A stretch of DNA of 57,244 nucleotides from a candidate division WOR-3 bacterium (GTDB lineage Bacteria > Hydrothermota > Tepidihabitantia > Tepidihabitantales > Tepidihabitantaceae): the NCBI GenBank assembly GCA_039801225.1, contig JBDRUH010000003.1, positions 1 to 57,244 on the forward strand, given 5' to 3'. The notes under the pieces are model-generated. The model did not search any database and was not told where the DNA came from. It worked only from the letters and a program-made list of their open reading frames with translations. Shown piece after piece: positions 43,809-51,619 of this stretch (its first letter is position 1; every line of letters starts with the position of its first letter). Made by a program: the position numbers and the translations under genes.

Positions 43809-44258
43809 GTGGCAGAAGTGGTAATTATTGGCATTGGTAACCGGTCTCGGGGAGATGATGGTGTTGGCTCCAAGGTGGTTGAGATGCTATCGGATTTGTC
43901 CAATGCGAAGGTTATTAATGCGGGAACAGTGCCAGAAAACTACATTGAACCGATACTAAAAGAGAAGCCGAGCCGGATACTCTTAGTGGATGCCTGCAAA
44001 TTTGGCGGTCAACCGGGTGAATTTCGTCTTTTCCCCATTGGTGATTTTCATCAGTTAATTAGCGGTGGCTTCTCCACCCACACCCTATCTCTGGCACCCT
44101 TAGCAGAACTCTTAGCAACTGAGTCTGACGCTCGGGTGTGGCTTTTAGGGATTGAACCAGCGGAAACCAACCTTAGTGAAGGGATTTCCCCGATGGTTAA
44201 TCTCGCTTTACCGGCAATTGTGAATTTTATCCGCTCTTGGGTTACTAATCCCGATTAA
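43809..44258 (+). CDS. hydrogenase maturation endopeptidase (HycI/HoxM/HybD family)
   Basis: VVIIGIGNRSRGDDGVGSKVV carries the metal-binding Asp motif. LLVDA and GFSTHTLSLAPLAELL (His motif) are also present. Confidence 0.75.
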   Translation: MAEVVIIGIGNRSRGDDGVGSKVVEMLSDLSNAKVINAGTVPENYIEPILKEKPSRILLVDACKFGGQPGEFRLFPIGDFHQLISGGFSTHTLSLAPLAELLATESDARVWLLGIEPAETNLSEGISPMVNLALPAIVNFIRSWVTNPD

Positions 44259-45585
44259 CCCGCCGATATCCTAAGGTATAAAGTTTTTTGATATTCCGTT
44301 TAGTTATGGCGTTGCGGGTATCAAGAATCAACCTGCTTTCTTTTAAAATTAGTTCGTAATCAAAGGAGGAGTGGTCGGTAAGAATTACCACACAGTCAGC
44401 CTGGCGGATTAGCGCCGGACTGAGAAGTTTGGCTTTGAACATTCTGCCATTAATCTCAAGTGTTGGCACATAGGGGTCAACATATTCCATTTTTCTCACC
44501 TTGTCCAAAAGGATTTCCATTACCTTTATTGCCGGCGAGTGTCTGGTGTCGGCGACATTCCGCTTAAAAGCAGCACCAAGAATAAGAATTTTTGCTTTTT
44601 GCGCTGGGATACCATTTATGCCTAAAACTTCCAGTAATCGGTCAACAACAAAGAAAGGCATCGCCTCATTGGTTTCGGCGGCAAGTTCAATAAAGTTGGA
44701 GTGAAAGTCGTATTCCCGGGCTTTCCAGGCAAGATAATATGGGTCGATCAGAATGCAATGACCGCCAATCCCCGGACCAGGATAAAAAGGCATAAAACCA
44801 AAAGGCTTGGTTGCGGCAGCATTGATCACCTCCCAGATGTCAATATTACCCATACGGTCACACATCCGGGCGAGTTCATTGACCAGGGCGATGTTAACGC
44901 TGCGAAAGATATTCTCTAGAAGTTTGGACATTTCTGCTACCCGGGGCGAGGATACGGAAACAACCTTTTCCACAAACTGAGAGAAAAACAGGGCGGTGAG
45001 GCGAGTGCATTCTCTACTAACACCACCGACAACTACCGGGGTATTCTTGGTGGTCCAGCGTTGATTACCTGGGTCAATCCGTTCTGGGGCAAAGGAAAGG
45101 TAGAAATCCTTTCCCACTTTAAGACCGCTTTTTTCTAAAAGGGGCAAAAGAACCTTTTCGGTTGTCTCCGGATAAGTGGTGCTTCGCAAGATGATGAGTT
45201 GACCAGGATGGAGAAATCGGGCGACCGCTTTACCACTAGAGACAATATAAGAGATGTCCGGGTCTTTAGTAGGGGTGAAGGGGGTGGGAACACAGATGTT
45301 AATTACATCCGATTTACTGCAGGGAGTGTAACTGGTGGTTGCCTTCAACTTCCGGGCTTTAACCAGTTCGGCAACATCAGCCGATGGGACATCGCCAATG
45401 AAACTTTCACCCCTGTTGACTGCAGTAACCTTTCCCCGGTCAACATCAATGCCAATCGTTTCGTAGCCGGCACGGGCAATTTCAACTGCGAGGGGCAAAC
45501 CGACATAGCCAATGCCAACTATTGCCACCCTCGCTTCTCGACGGCGTATTTTGGCCTCTAATTTTTCCATTTTACTCCTTTCCAT
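44245..45585 (-). CDS. nucleotide-sugar dehydrogenase (UDP-glucose/UDP-ManNAc/UDP-GlcNAc 6-dehydrogenase family)
   Basis: The N-terminal Rossmann motif is VAIVGIGYVGLPLA. The catalytic region is PGPGIGGHCILIDP. An alternative start at 45570 (MEKLEAK...) is possible. Confidence 0.85.
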   Translation of the reverse strand: MERSKMEKLEAKIRRREARVAIVGIGYVGLPLAVEIARAGYETIGIDVDRGKVTAVNRGESFIGDVPSADVAELVKARKLKATTSYTPCSKSDVINICVPTPFTPTKDPDISYIVSSGKAVARFLHPGQLIILRSTTYPETTEKVLLPLLEKSGLKVGKDFYLSFAPERIDPGNQRWTTKNTPVVVGGVSRECTRLTALFFSQFVEKVVSVSSPRVAEMSKLLENIFRSVNIALVNELARMCDRMGNIDIWEVINAAATKPFGFMPFYPGPGIGGHCILIDPYYLAWKAREYDFHSNFIELAAETNEAMPFFVVDRLLEVLGINGIPAQKAKILILGAAFKRNVADTRHSPAIKVMEILLDKVRKMEYVDPYVPTLEINGRMFKAKLLSPALIRQADCVVILTDHSSFDYELILKESRLILDTRNAITKRNIKKLYTLGYRRVNRD

Positions 45586-47127
45586 TTACCAGATTGCTCG
45601 GTCAAAACTACGATACTGCACCGCCTCAGTTAAATGACTGGGCTGAATTTCCTTAGAACCTTCAAGGTCAGCGATGGTACGGGCAACCTTGAGTACTCGG
45701 TGATAGGCACGGGTGGAAAGTCCGAGGCGGTCAATAGCAGCGCGGAGAATTTCATCTCCTTGAGCGGTTGTTGAACAGAAGCGTTTAATAAGGGCTGGGC
45801 TCATCTGACTGTTGGCGTAAACCTTACGGCGCAGGTTAACACCTTGAAAGCGCTCATGTTGAATCGCGCGGGCACGTTCTACTCTTTGCCGGATTGCCGC
45901 CGACTCCTCTGCTGGTCTTTTTGATGCCACTTCCGCATATTTCAGCGCCGGGACCTCTATATGGATATCAATCCGATCAAGAAGAGGTCCAGAAATGCGG
46001 CTACGATACCGCCTTATTTTTAAAGGTGTGCAGGTACAGGTGTGCCTTGGGTCGCCATAGAAGCCACAGGGACAGGGGTTCATTGCTGCCACCAGCATAA
46101 ATCGAGCTGGAAAAGTTAAAGTTGAACGAGCCCGACCAATAGTTATCTCACCATCCTCCAGCGGTTGACGCAAAGCCTCAAGGACATCCCGGTGAAATTC
46201 GGGCAGTTCATCAAGGAAAAGAACACCGTTATGGGCGAGTGAGGCTTCACCCGGTCTTGGGACCGTTCCGCCACCAATCATGCCGGATTCCGATATATTA
46301 TGATGAGGTGAACGGAACGGTCGTGTGGCGACGATTGGTAGACCAGCGGGAAGGGTACCGGTAACGGAGTGAATCTTAGTCGCCTCAAGCGCCTCATCAA
46401 GGGTAAGTGGCGGCATAATTGTTGGCAGGCGCCGGGCAAGCATCGTTTTACCGCTGCCCGGTGGACCAAGCAATAGAACATTATGGTTACCAGCAGCGGC
46501 AATCTCCAGGGCACGTTTGGCGTGGGCATGACCATGAACTTCTGAAAAATCAATTCCGAATGTACAACATTGAGAAAAAAGTGTTTGGACATCGGTCCGA
46601 ACCGGTGTTACCGGTTCCAGCCCTTTGAGAAAATTTAAAGTTTGGATTAATGAAGAAAGGGGATATACTGGGACTCCTTGGACCAATGCCGCTTCAGAGG
46701 CATTCTGCTCCGGGACAATCATCCCTTTGGTATTAGCATCACGGGCAGCCAGCGCCATCGCCACCGCCCCTTTTATCGGTCGTAAACTGCCATCAAGAGA
46801 AAGTTCACCGGTGAGGACATAGCCACTAAGCGCGGCAACAGATAGTCCGCCACTGGCAGCGATGATACCCACCGCGATCGGAAGGTCAAAAGCCGGTCCT
46901 TCTTTTTTAATGTCCGCGGGCGCGAGATTAACGGTAATACGGCGATTGGGAAAGAAAAGCCCGGAGTTTTTGATTGCCGCTTGAACCCGATGCTGAGACT
47001 CCTTGACTGCGGTGTCTGGTAGTCCAACAATATTAAACACCGGGATACCCGGGGCGACATCGGTTTCCACCGATACCAAAAAACCGTCAATGCCAAATAC
47101 TGCACTGGAGAGAACAGTCGCTAACAT
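45586..47127 (-). CDS. comM: Mg-chelatase-like ATPase ComM/YifB
   Basis: The product begins MLATVLSSAVFGIDGFLVSVE. It has a Lon-like N-domain and Walker A (LLLGPPGSGKTMLA), then GVLFLDELPEF and a C-terminal LSTRAYHRVLKVARTIADLEG. Confidence 0.9.
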   Translation of the reverse strand: MLATVLSSAVFGIDGFLVSVETDVAPGIPVFNIVGLPDTAVKESQHRVQAAIKNSGLFFPNRRITVNLAPADIKKEGPAFDLPIAVGIIAASGGLSVAALSGYVLTGELSLDGSLRPIKGAVAMALAARDANTKGMIVPEQNASEAALVQGVPVYPLSSLIQTLNFLKGLEPVTPVRTDVQTLFSQCCTFGIDFSEVHGHAHAKRALEIAAAGNHNVLLLGPPGSGKTMLARRLPTIMPPLTLDEALEATKIHSVTGTLPAGLPIVATRPFRSPHHNISESGMIGGGTVPRPGEASLAHNGVLFLDELPEFHRDVLEALRQPLEDGEITIGRARSTLTFPARFMLVAAMNPCPCGFYGDPRHTCTCTPLKIRRYRSRISGPLLDRIDIHIEVPALKYAEVASKRPAEESAAIRQRVERARAIQHERFQGVNLRRKVYANSQMSPALIKRFCSTTAQGDEILRAAIDRLGLSTRAYHRVLKVARTIADLEGSKEIQPSHLTEAVQYRSFDRAIW

Positions 47128-47501
47128 TAGAAGGCGCCTATAATATGTTCAATCTCGGGGTGGGAAGAAAAGAAAGATAGTGTTAGGACATCAAAACGAA
47201 CCGGTTGCGATTCCAGATTATTTTTTATCAGATACTCCCAAGCCGCCCGGTGAAGGTGGTTCTGTTTCCGAGAAGTAACCGCCTCAGATGGCGTTCCGAA
47301 CTTTTCTGAAGTGCGAGTTTTCACCTCCACGAATACTATCGTCTTGCCATCCTGGCAGACAATATCAATTTCGCCATGCCGACAGCGATAGTTAGTTTTT
47401 AAAATCTTATACCCAATTTGGGTGAGAAATTTTTGGGCAAACTGCTCGCCGGTCTTACCCAATAATTGGTGTTTAGTTTTGAGCTCTTGGTTTTTACCCA
47501 T
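47127..47501 (-). CDS. yraN: YraN family (UPF0102) endonuclease
   Basis: The sequence GEQFAQKFLTQIGYKILKTNYRCRHGEIDIVCQDGKTIVFVEVKTR is the typical PD-(D/E)xK YraN core. Confidence 0.8.
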   Translation of the reverse strand: MGKNQELKTKHQLLGKTGEQFAQKFLTQIGYKILKTNYRCRHGEIDIVCQDGKTIVFVEVKTRTSEKFGTPSEAVTSRKQNHLHRAAWEYLIKNNLESQPVRFDVLTLSFFSSHPEIEHIIGAF

Positions 47502-48171
47502 AAATTTGACCTTGAACCGGCCGACGGCCGACGGCTGACAGCCGAGAGCCGTGAAGGTAGAGCAGGCTTTTTACCGGTTCAAAACTACGCCGGTGGATAG
47601 GCGATGGACCTAATAATTTTAATGCCGCAAGATGTTGGGGTGTGCCATAACCTTTATGCCGGGCAAGTTCATACCCAGGAAAAAGTTTATCCATTTTCAT
47701 CATCAACTCATCCCGATACACCTTGGCGACAATTGAAGCGCAGGCGATGGAAAGACTCTGCTGGTCGCCCCGAATAATTCCTTCGCAAGGAAATTCTAAC
47801 CCGGGGATTTTTGCGCCGTCAACAAGAACTATAAAATCGCTGTCAATTGAAAAACCGATTTTTTTCTGGAGTCGCAATACCGCTTGACGCATAACATAAA
47901 ATGTGGCATTGACAATATTGACTCGGTCAATAAAGTGGTGGCCAACTGCCGCAACCGCCCAAGCGAGTGCCCGCGATTTTATTACCGCTGCCAGTCGGCA
48001 TCTTTTTTTCGGGGAAAGTAACTTAGAGTCACGGACACCAGGAATTCTGATATTAAGTGGTAACACCACCGCTGCTGCCACAACCGGTCCGGCAAGTGCA
48101 CCACGCCCCACCTCATCCACACCGCAGATAATGGTGTTACTTCGCCACAGTTTTCGGTCCAGATTCCTCAC
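47494..48171 (-). CDS. rnhB: ribonuclease HII
   Basis: RNase HII motifs are [27 protein letters not shown] and SIVAKVYRD. The C-terminal ~20 aa are encoded by a heptamer array. Confidence 0.9.
   Translation of the reverse strand: MRNLDRKLWRSNTIICGVDEVGRGALAGPVVAAAVVLPLNIRIPGVRDSKLLSPKKRCRLAAVIKSRALAWAVAAVGHHFIDRVNIVNATFYVMRQAVLRLQKKIGFSIDSDFIVLVDGAKIPGLEFPCEGIIRGDQQSLSIACASIVAKVYRDELMMKMDKLFPGYELARHKGYGTPQHLAALKLLGPSPIHRRSFEPVKSLLYLHGSRLSAVGRRPVQGQIYG
47517..47551 (+). repeat. heptanucleotide array (5 units of the CGGCTGT/ACAGCCG family) at the rnhB 3' end
   Basis: The units are CCGGCCG ACGGCCG ACGGCTG ACAGCCG AGAGCCG. They encode the RNase HII tail ...[11 protein letters not shown]... Confidence 0.8.
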
Positions 48172-48523
48172 CGCTCTTCAGTTCCTTCAGCACCGCCTCC
48201 CGACCGGTCTTCTTTCGGAGATAATAAAGTTTTGCCCGGCGGACTTTACTCTTCCGGCGGATATTAATCTTGGTAATCACCGGGGAGTAGACCGGAAAGA
48301 TTCTTTCAATTCCGATACCTTGACTCACACGACGAACAGTAAAGGTTTTTCCTGCACCTCTGCCGCGAATGGCAATTACCGTGCCACGAAAAATTTGGGT
48401 TCTTTCTTTGTCGCCTTCGGCTATCCTTAAGTGGACATCAACCAGGTCTCCCGGTGCGGGAACTACTCTTTCAACTTCTCCTTTTTCAGATTCTAAGGGG
48501 GCTTTCTTCGGTTGATTTGTCAT
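48137..48523 (-). CDS. rplS: 50S ribosomal protein L19
   Basis: The ATG at 48523 lies 7 nt after GGAGAGGAG. L19 motifs are [32 protein letters not shown] and [17 protein letters not shown]. The track's upstream extension to 48637 is repeat sequence. Confidence 0.9.
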   Translation of the reverse strand: MTNQPKKAPLESEKGEVERVVPAPGDLVDVHLRIAEGDKERTQIFRGTVIAIRGRGAGKTFTVRRVSQGIGIERIFPVYSPVITKINIRRKSKVRRAKLYYLRKKTGREAVLKELKSGEESGPKTVAK

Positions 48524-49355
48524 TATTTTTCTCCTCTCCCTCGGCTCCGTCATTCCGACCTCGGCTGACGGCTGTCGGCTGTCGTCCGGAATCGGGCGCC
48601 CGATTTGAGCGGCTGTCAGCCTGGTCGCTCGGGACATGTTTTAAGATTTTTTGAACAAACTCCTTTTCCTCTGGGGTTAAAGTAGCAAACTTTAACAAGT
48701 CAGGCCGACGCCGGGCGGTAATCATTAGAGACTGCTGGCGGCGCCAGTGGGCAATTGCTGAGTGGTTACCGGATAAGAGAACCTCCGGAACAGCAACTCC
48801 TCGGAACTCTCGCGGACGGGTATAGAGCGGTGCTTCCAAGAGACCATTGGTAAACGAGTCGGTCGCGACCGACTCTTCATCATTGACGACACCGGGGAGA
48901 AGCCGGGCGATGGCTTCAATTATTACCACCGCCGCTGCTTCTCCCCCGGCGAGCACATAATCGCCGATTGATATTTCCTCATCAATCAGCAAAGTGCGAA
49001 TTCGCTCATCAACGCCCTTATAGCGACCGCAGATAAGAATAATTTGAGGCAGTTCCCGAAACCGGTAGGCCATTTTTTGGTCAAACCGATTTCCCTGAGG
49101 TGAAAGAAGAATTACCCGAGAAGTAGCATTCCGGACGCTTTCCACCGCCTGGAAAACCGGTTCCGGTTTCAGCACCATTCCGGCTCCGCCCCCGAAAGGA
49201 TAATCATCTACCGTGCGGTGAATGTCGGTAGTGAAATCTCGGGGATTAACCAGAAAAACCTCCAGAACACCCTTTTCTCGGGCAATCCGGGTCGGTCCGC
49301 AATTAATTGGACCGGTAAAAAACTCCGGGAATATTGAAATAATATGAATCTTCAC
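48486..49355 (-). CDS. trmD: tRNA (guanine37-N1)-methyltransferase TrmD, with repeat-encoded C-terminal tail
   Basis: GTG start. TrmD motifs are [48 protein letters not shown] and GDYVLAGGE. About 45 extra C-terminal residues are read through a repeat module and overlap the rplS start. Confidence 0.9.
   Translation of the reverse strand: MKIHIISIFPEFFTGPINCGPTRIAREKGVLEVFLVNPRDFTTDIHRTVDDYPFGGGAGMVLKPEPVFQAVESVRNATSRVILLSPQGNRFDQKMAYRFRELPQIILICGRYKGVDERIRTLLIDEEISIGDYVLAGGEAAAVVIIEAIARLLPGVVNDEESVATDSFTNGLLEAPLYTRPREFRGVAVPEVLLSGNHSAIAHWRRQQSLMITARRRPDLLKFATLTPEEKEFVQKILKHVPSDQADSRSNRAPDSGRQPTAVSRGRNDGAEGEEKNNDKSTEESPLRI
48562..48621 (+). repeat. second copy of the heptamer/palindrome module (trmD 3' end, upstream of the rplS start)
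   Basis: The units are CGGCTGA CGGCTGT CGGCTGT CGTCCGG, then AATCGGGCGCCCGATT (48590-48605), then TGAG CGGCTGT CAGCC. Confidence 0.9.
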
Positions 49356-49420
49356 CTCTGGGAATTACCTCATTTAATTCTTACCGTTATAAGTAAGCCG
49401 CTTAGAGGAGCAAGAGCGAT

Positions 49421-49651
49421 TTACTCGAGGATTTCGAGTTGTGCCCGTTTACCCTGCTTCATCGCCGCTGCCGAGATAATCGCTCGGATTGACTTTGCGG
49501 TCCGACCTTCTTTGCCGATGACCTTACCCAGGTCACCCTGACCAACACGCAGTTCGTAGATCAGCGTCTTTTCGCCCGCGACCTCTTTAACCTGAACCTG
49601 GTCAGGATGGTCAACAAGGGCTTTCGCGATGTATTCGATCAGTTCTTTCAT
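49421..49651 (-). CDS. KH domain RNA-binding protein (UPF0109/YlqC)
   Basis: Family motifs are [18 protein letters not shown] and [17 protein letters not shown]. It sits in the conserved position after rpsP. Confidence 0.8.
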   Translation of the reverse strand: MKELIEYIAKALVDHPDQVQVKEVAGEKTLIYELRVGQGDLGKVIGKEGRTAKSIRAIISAAAMKQGKRAQLEILE

Positions 49652-49663
49652 GATGCCTCCTTT

Positions 49664-49975
49664 TTAGTTTGTAGATTCTCGTGGTGTTATGAGATCAGGT
49701 TTTACCCCGTCCGAAGTATTATCCCCGGAAAGGGAAACCTGGCTTCTCTTACGGTAATTTTTGATTAACTTCTCTACTGTGTTTGAAAGTTGAGCACCTC
49801 GGGATACCCAGTAGTCTATCCGTTCCAGATTAAGTGCCAGAACCTTTCGGCGCGGGTCGTAATGGCCGAGTGCTTCAAGATAATGGCTATCTCGTGCCCG
49901 ACGGGAGTCAATTGCGACAACCCGATATGAAGGTTTGTTCCGAACACCCATTCGTCTAAGGCGTATTCTTACCAA
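49664..49975 (-). CDS. rpsP: 30S ribosomal protein S16
   Basis: S16 motifs are VRIRLRRMGVRNKPSYRVVA and LGHYDP. I chose the TTG at 49975 (MVRIRL...), which is 6 nt from GGAG. The track start at 49981 directly abuts the RBS. Confidence 0.9.
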   Translation of the reverse strand: MVRIRLRRMGVRNKPSYRVVAIDSRRARDSHYLEALGHYDPRRKVLALNLERIDYWVSRGAQLSNTVEKLIKNYRKRSQVSLSGDNTSDGVKPDLITPRESTN

Positions 49976-50009
49976 ATGCAACTCCTTTTCTATAGCATAA
50001 TCTAAAATT

Positions 50010-50037
50010 ATGATACCAAAAAAATTATTATTGTCAA
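50010..50037 (-). promoter_or_regulatory. candidate sigma70-type promoter for the rpsP operon
   Basis: On the minus strand: TTGACA (50037-50032), a 16-nt spacer, then TATCAT (50015-50010). It is followed by the inverted repeat CATAAT-N5-ATTATG (50012-49996) and the GGAG RBS. Confidence 0.45.
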
Positions 50038-50099
50038 CTAATTGTATAGGTCAAATATATCAGCGACATTTTAGTTTTTCTGCAAGTATTTTAGTTATT

Positions 50100-50480
50100 G
50101 CCCAATTGCTTCGCGGTATTTGCTCTGGCGAAAAAAGGAACTCCTCCGCCGAGCATGCCCATTAGCGGAGTGATTACTCCACTCGCCAAAGCCTGCCCCG
50201 AACCGACGCCAGTAAATCCTAATTTCAAAGCACTAAATCCTAAACAATTTCTAATACCCCAGAATCCCAATTATCAAAACATTTTGGATTTAGAACATTG
50301 GAGCTTTGAACTTGTTTAGAATTTAGGATTTCGGATTTAGAGTTTCTCATAAATAGGGGATTGCTTCGGGCAAAGCCTGCCCCGAGCGAACAGAAAGGGA
50401 TTCCTCAGCAAGCTCGGAATGACCGGAGCCGAGGAGGGCCAGAATGACGGGGGGATGGGGCGCAATGACAAAAGGCTTTA
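50100..50480. repeat. modular GC-rich repeat island 3 (reverse orientation; includes MITE copy C)
   Basis: The reverse complement contains GTCATTGCGCCCC, GGTCATTCCGAGCTTGCTGAGGAATCCC, CGCTCGGGGCAGGCTTTGCCCGAAGCAATCCCC, then the MITE, then GGGGCAGGCTTTGGCGAG...CGCGAAGCAATTGGG. Confidence 0.8.
50204..50356 (-). repeat. ~150-bp MITE-like repeat, copy C (reverse orientation, upstream of the rpsP operon)
   Basis: Its reverse complement matches copies A and B. It has a 1-nt indel (GGGATTCTGGGGTATT versus GGGATTTTGGTATT). Confidence 0.85.
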
Positions 50481-51057
50481 GCCTTATTCTTATGTCCCGA
50501 GATACGCTCCTTTTCTGTTTTTATAGTTCTCAGTTTGTATCTAAACCGTTTGGAGAGAAATACAGATGGTAATAAAAGGGTTAATTGATGGGTTAAGAGG
50601 AGAATAATTCCGATGATGATTTGGCGGGTTTTTACCGGGATTACCTATCCAGTTATGTCCGTAATCAAAATTAGAGCGACTTAAAATATTACTACCAAAA
50701 TTATTTGGGAGATAGTCTAAAGAACTATGTGCAGGGCGATTTTGGTGATTACATAAATTATAACTTAACAGGTAATCAAGGGGGCTACCTGGGGGCTGGG
50801 GTCTAAAATTCTAAATAATTACTATAATACTTTAAAAATCAATGAGATAGCCAATAAAAACCCTGTGGCAATTTTTCTACCTATAGGTAGAATTTTTGCG
50901 TGGCAAAAATAGCCCAAATCGCAACATTTTTATCAAACTTCACTATCCAATGTTTCATATCTACATTAACTTTTCCACCTAATAACCCCCCAGTCTGAAT
51001 CCTAACCATTTCTCAACAGTCTAAAAATATGGAAACCAAAAAAAGGAGGTGGTAAAA

Positions 51058-51507
51058 ATGGCAAAGCATCTAACGACTTGGGACCCATTTCGGGAAATGG
51101 TTTCGCTCCGGGATGAGTTGGACCGGTTGTTTGATTCGGTATTTGGACGCTTTCCACGCGAGCGAGGAGAGGCTTATTGGACTCCACCGTTAGATATTGA
51201 GGAAACTGAAGATGCGATAATTGTCCGGGTGGAACTGCCGGGTATGAGCAAAGAGGACATAAAGGTTAACCTCTCCGGTGACACACTCACAATATCCGGG
51301 GAACGCAAACAGGAGATGGAGAAAAAAGGTAAGACCTACTACCGAATTGAGCGTGCCTATGGAAAATTCCAACGCACGGTTACACTGCCGGCAGAGGTGG
51401 AAGGTGATAAGGCTAAAGCCTCCTATAAAAATGGGGTTCTGGAGCTGAACCTCCCGAAATCGGAGAAGTCAAAGGCGCGCGAGATTACCATCGTCGCCGA
51501 AGATTAA
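51058..51507 (+). CDS. Hsp20/alpha-crystallin small heat-shock protein
   Basis: AAGGAGG lies 8 nt upstream of the ATG at 51058. Family motifs are WDPFREM, PPLDIEETEDAIIVRVELPGMSKEDI, ERAYGKFQRTVTLP and GVLELNLPK. Confidence 0.9.
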   Translation: MAKHLTTWDPFREMVSLRDELDRLFDSVFGRFPRERGEAYWTPPLDIEETEDAIIVRVELPGMSKEDIKVNLSGDTLTISGERKQEMEKKGKTYYRIERAYGKFQRTVTLPAEVEGDKAKASYKNGVLELNLPKSEKSKAREITIVAED

Positions 51508-51516
51508 ATCTTGCCC

Positions 51517-51555
51517 AGCGGGTGGGTCATATTGACCCACCCGCTATATTTCTTA
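51517..51555 (+). terminator. intrinsic terminator after hsp20
   Basis: A perfect 13-bp stem AGCGGGTGGGTCA / TGACCCACCCGCT (51517-51529 and 51533-51545) has a 3-nt loop. It is followed by the T-rich tract ATATTTCTT. Confidence 0.75.
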
Positions 51556-51619
51556 TAATTTGACAGAAGGTTTAAATTTTGTTAATGTCCAGAAGTTTTA
51601 AATATAAAAAGGAGGCATA

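Noticed and set aside
48524-48637. N-terminal extension of L19 in the track ([38 protein letters not shown]...)
   Set aside because: The extension is repeat-module sequence. The conserved L19 sequence starts at the ATG at 48523, which has a strong GGAGAGGAG RBS 7 nt upstream.
49996-50012. dif-like inverted repeat CATAAT-CTAAA-ATTATG
   Set aside because: Only the inner CATAA/TTATG resembles dif. The outer arms do not match, and the spacer geometry differs from the 6-nt dif core. It sits between the predicted -10 box and the RBS of rpsP, so it is more likely a 5'-UTR or promoter feature.
50098-50319. 73-aa ORF on the plus strand
   Set aside because: It reads the reverse complement of MITE copy C and island 3 modules, so it is a repeat artefact.
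50866-50915. Possible sigma-54 (-24/-12) promoters at two TGGCA motifs upstream of hsp20
   Set aside because: Neither TGGCA is followed by a TTGC/GC element at the required spacing. The GC falls two positions off in one case and is absent in the other.
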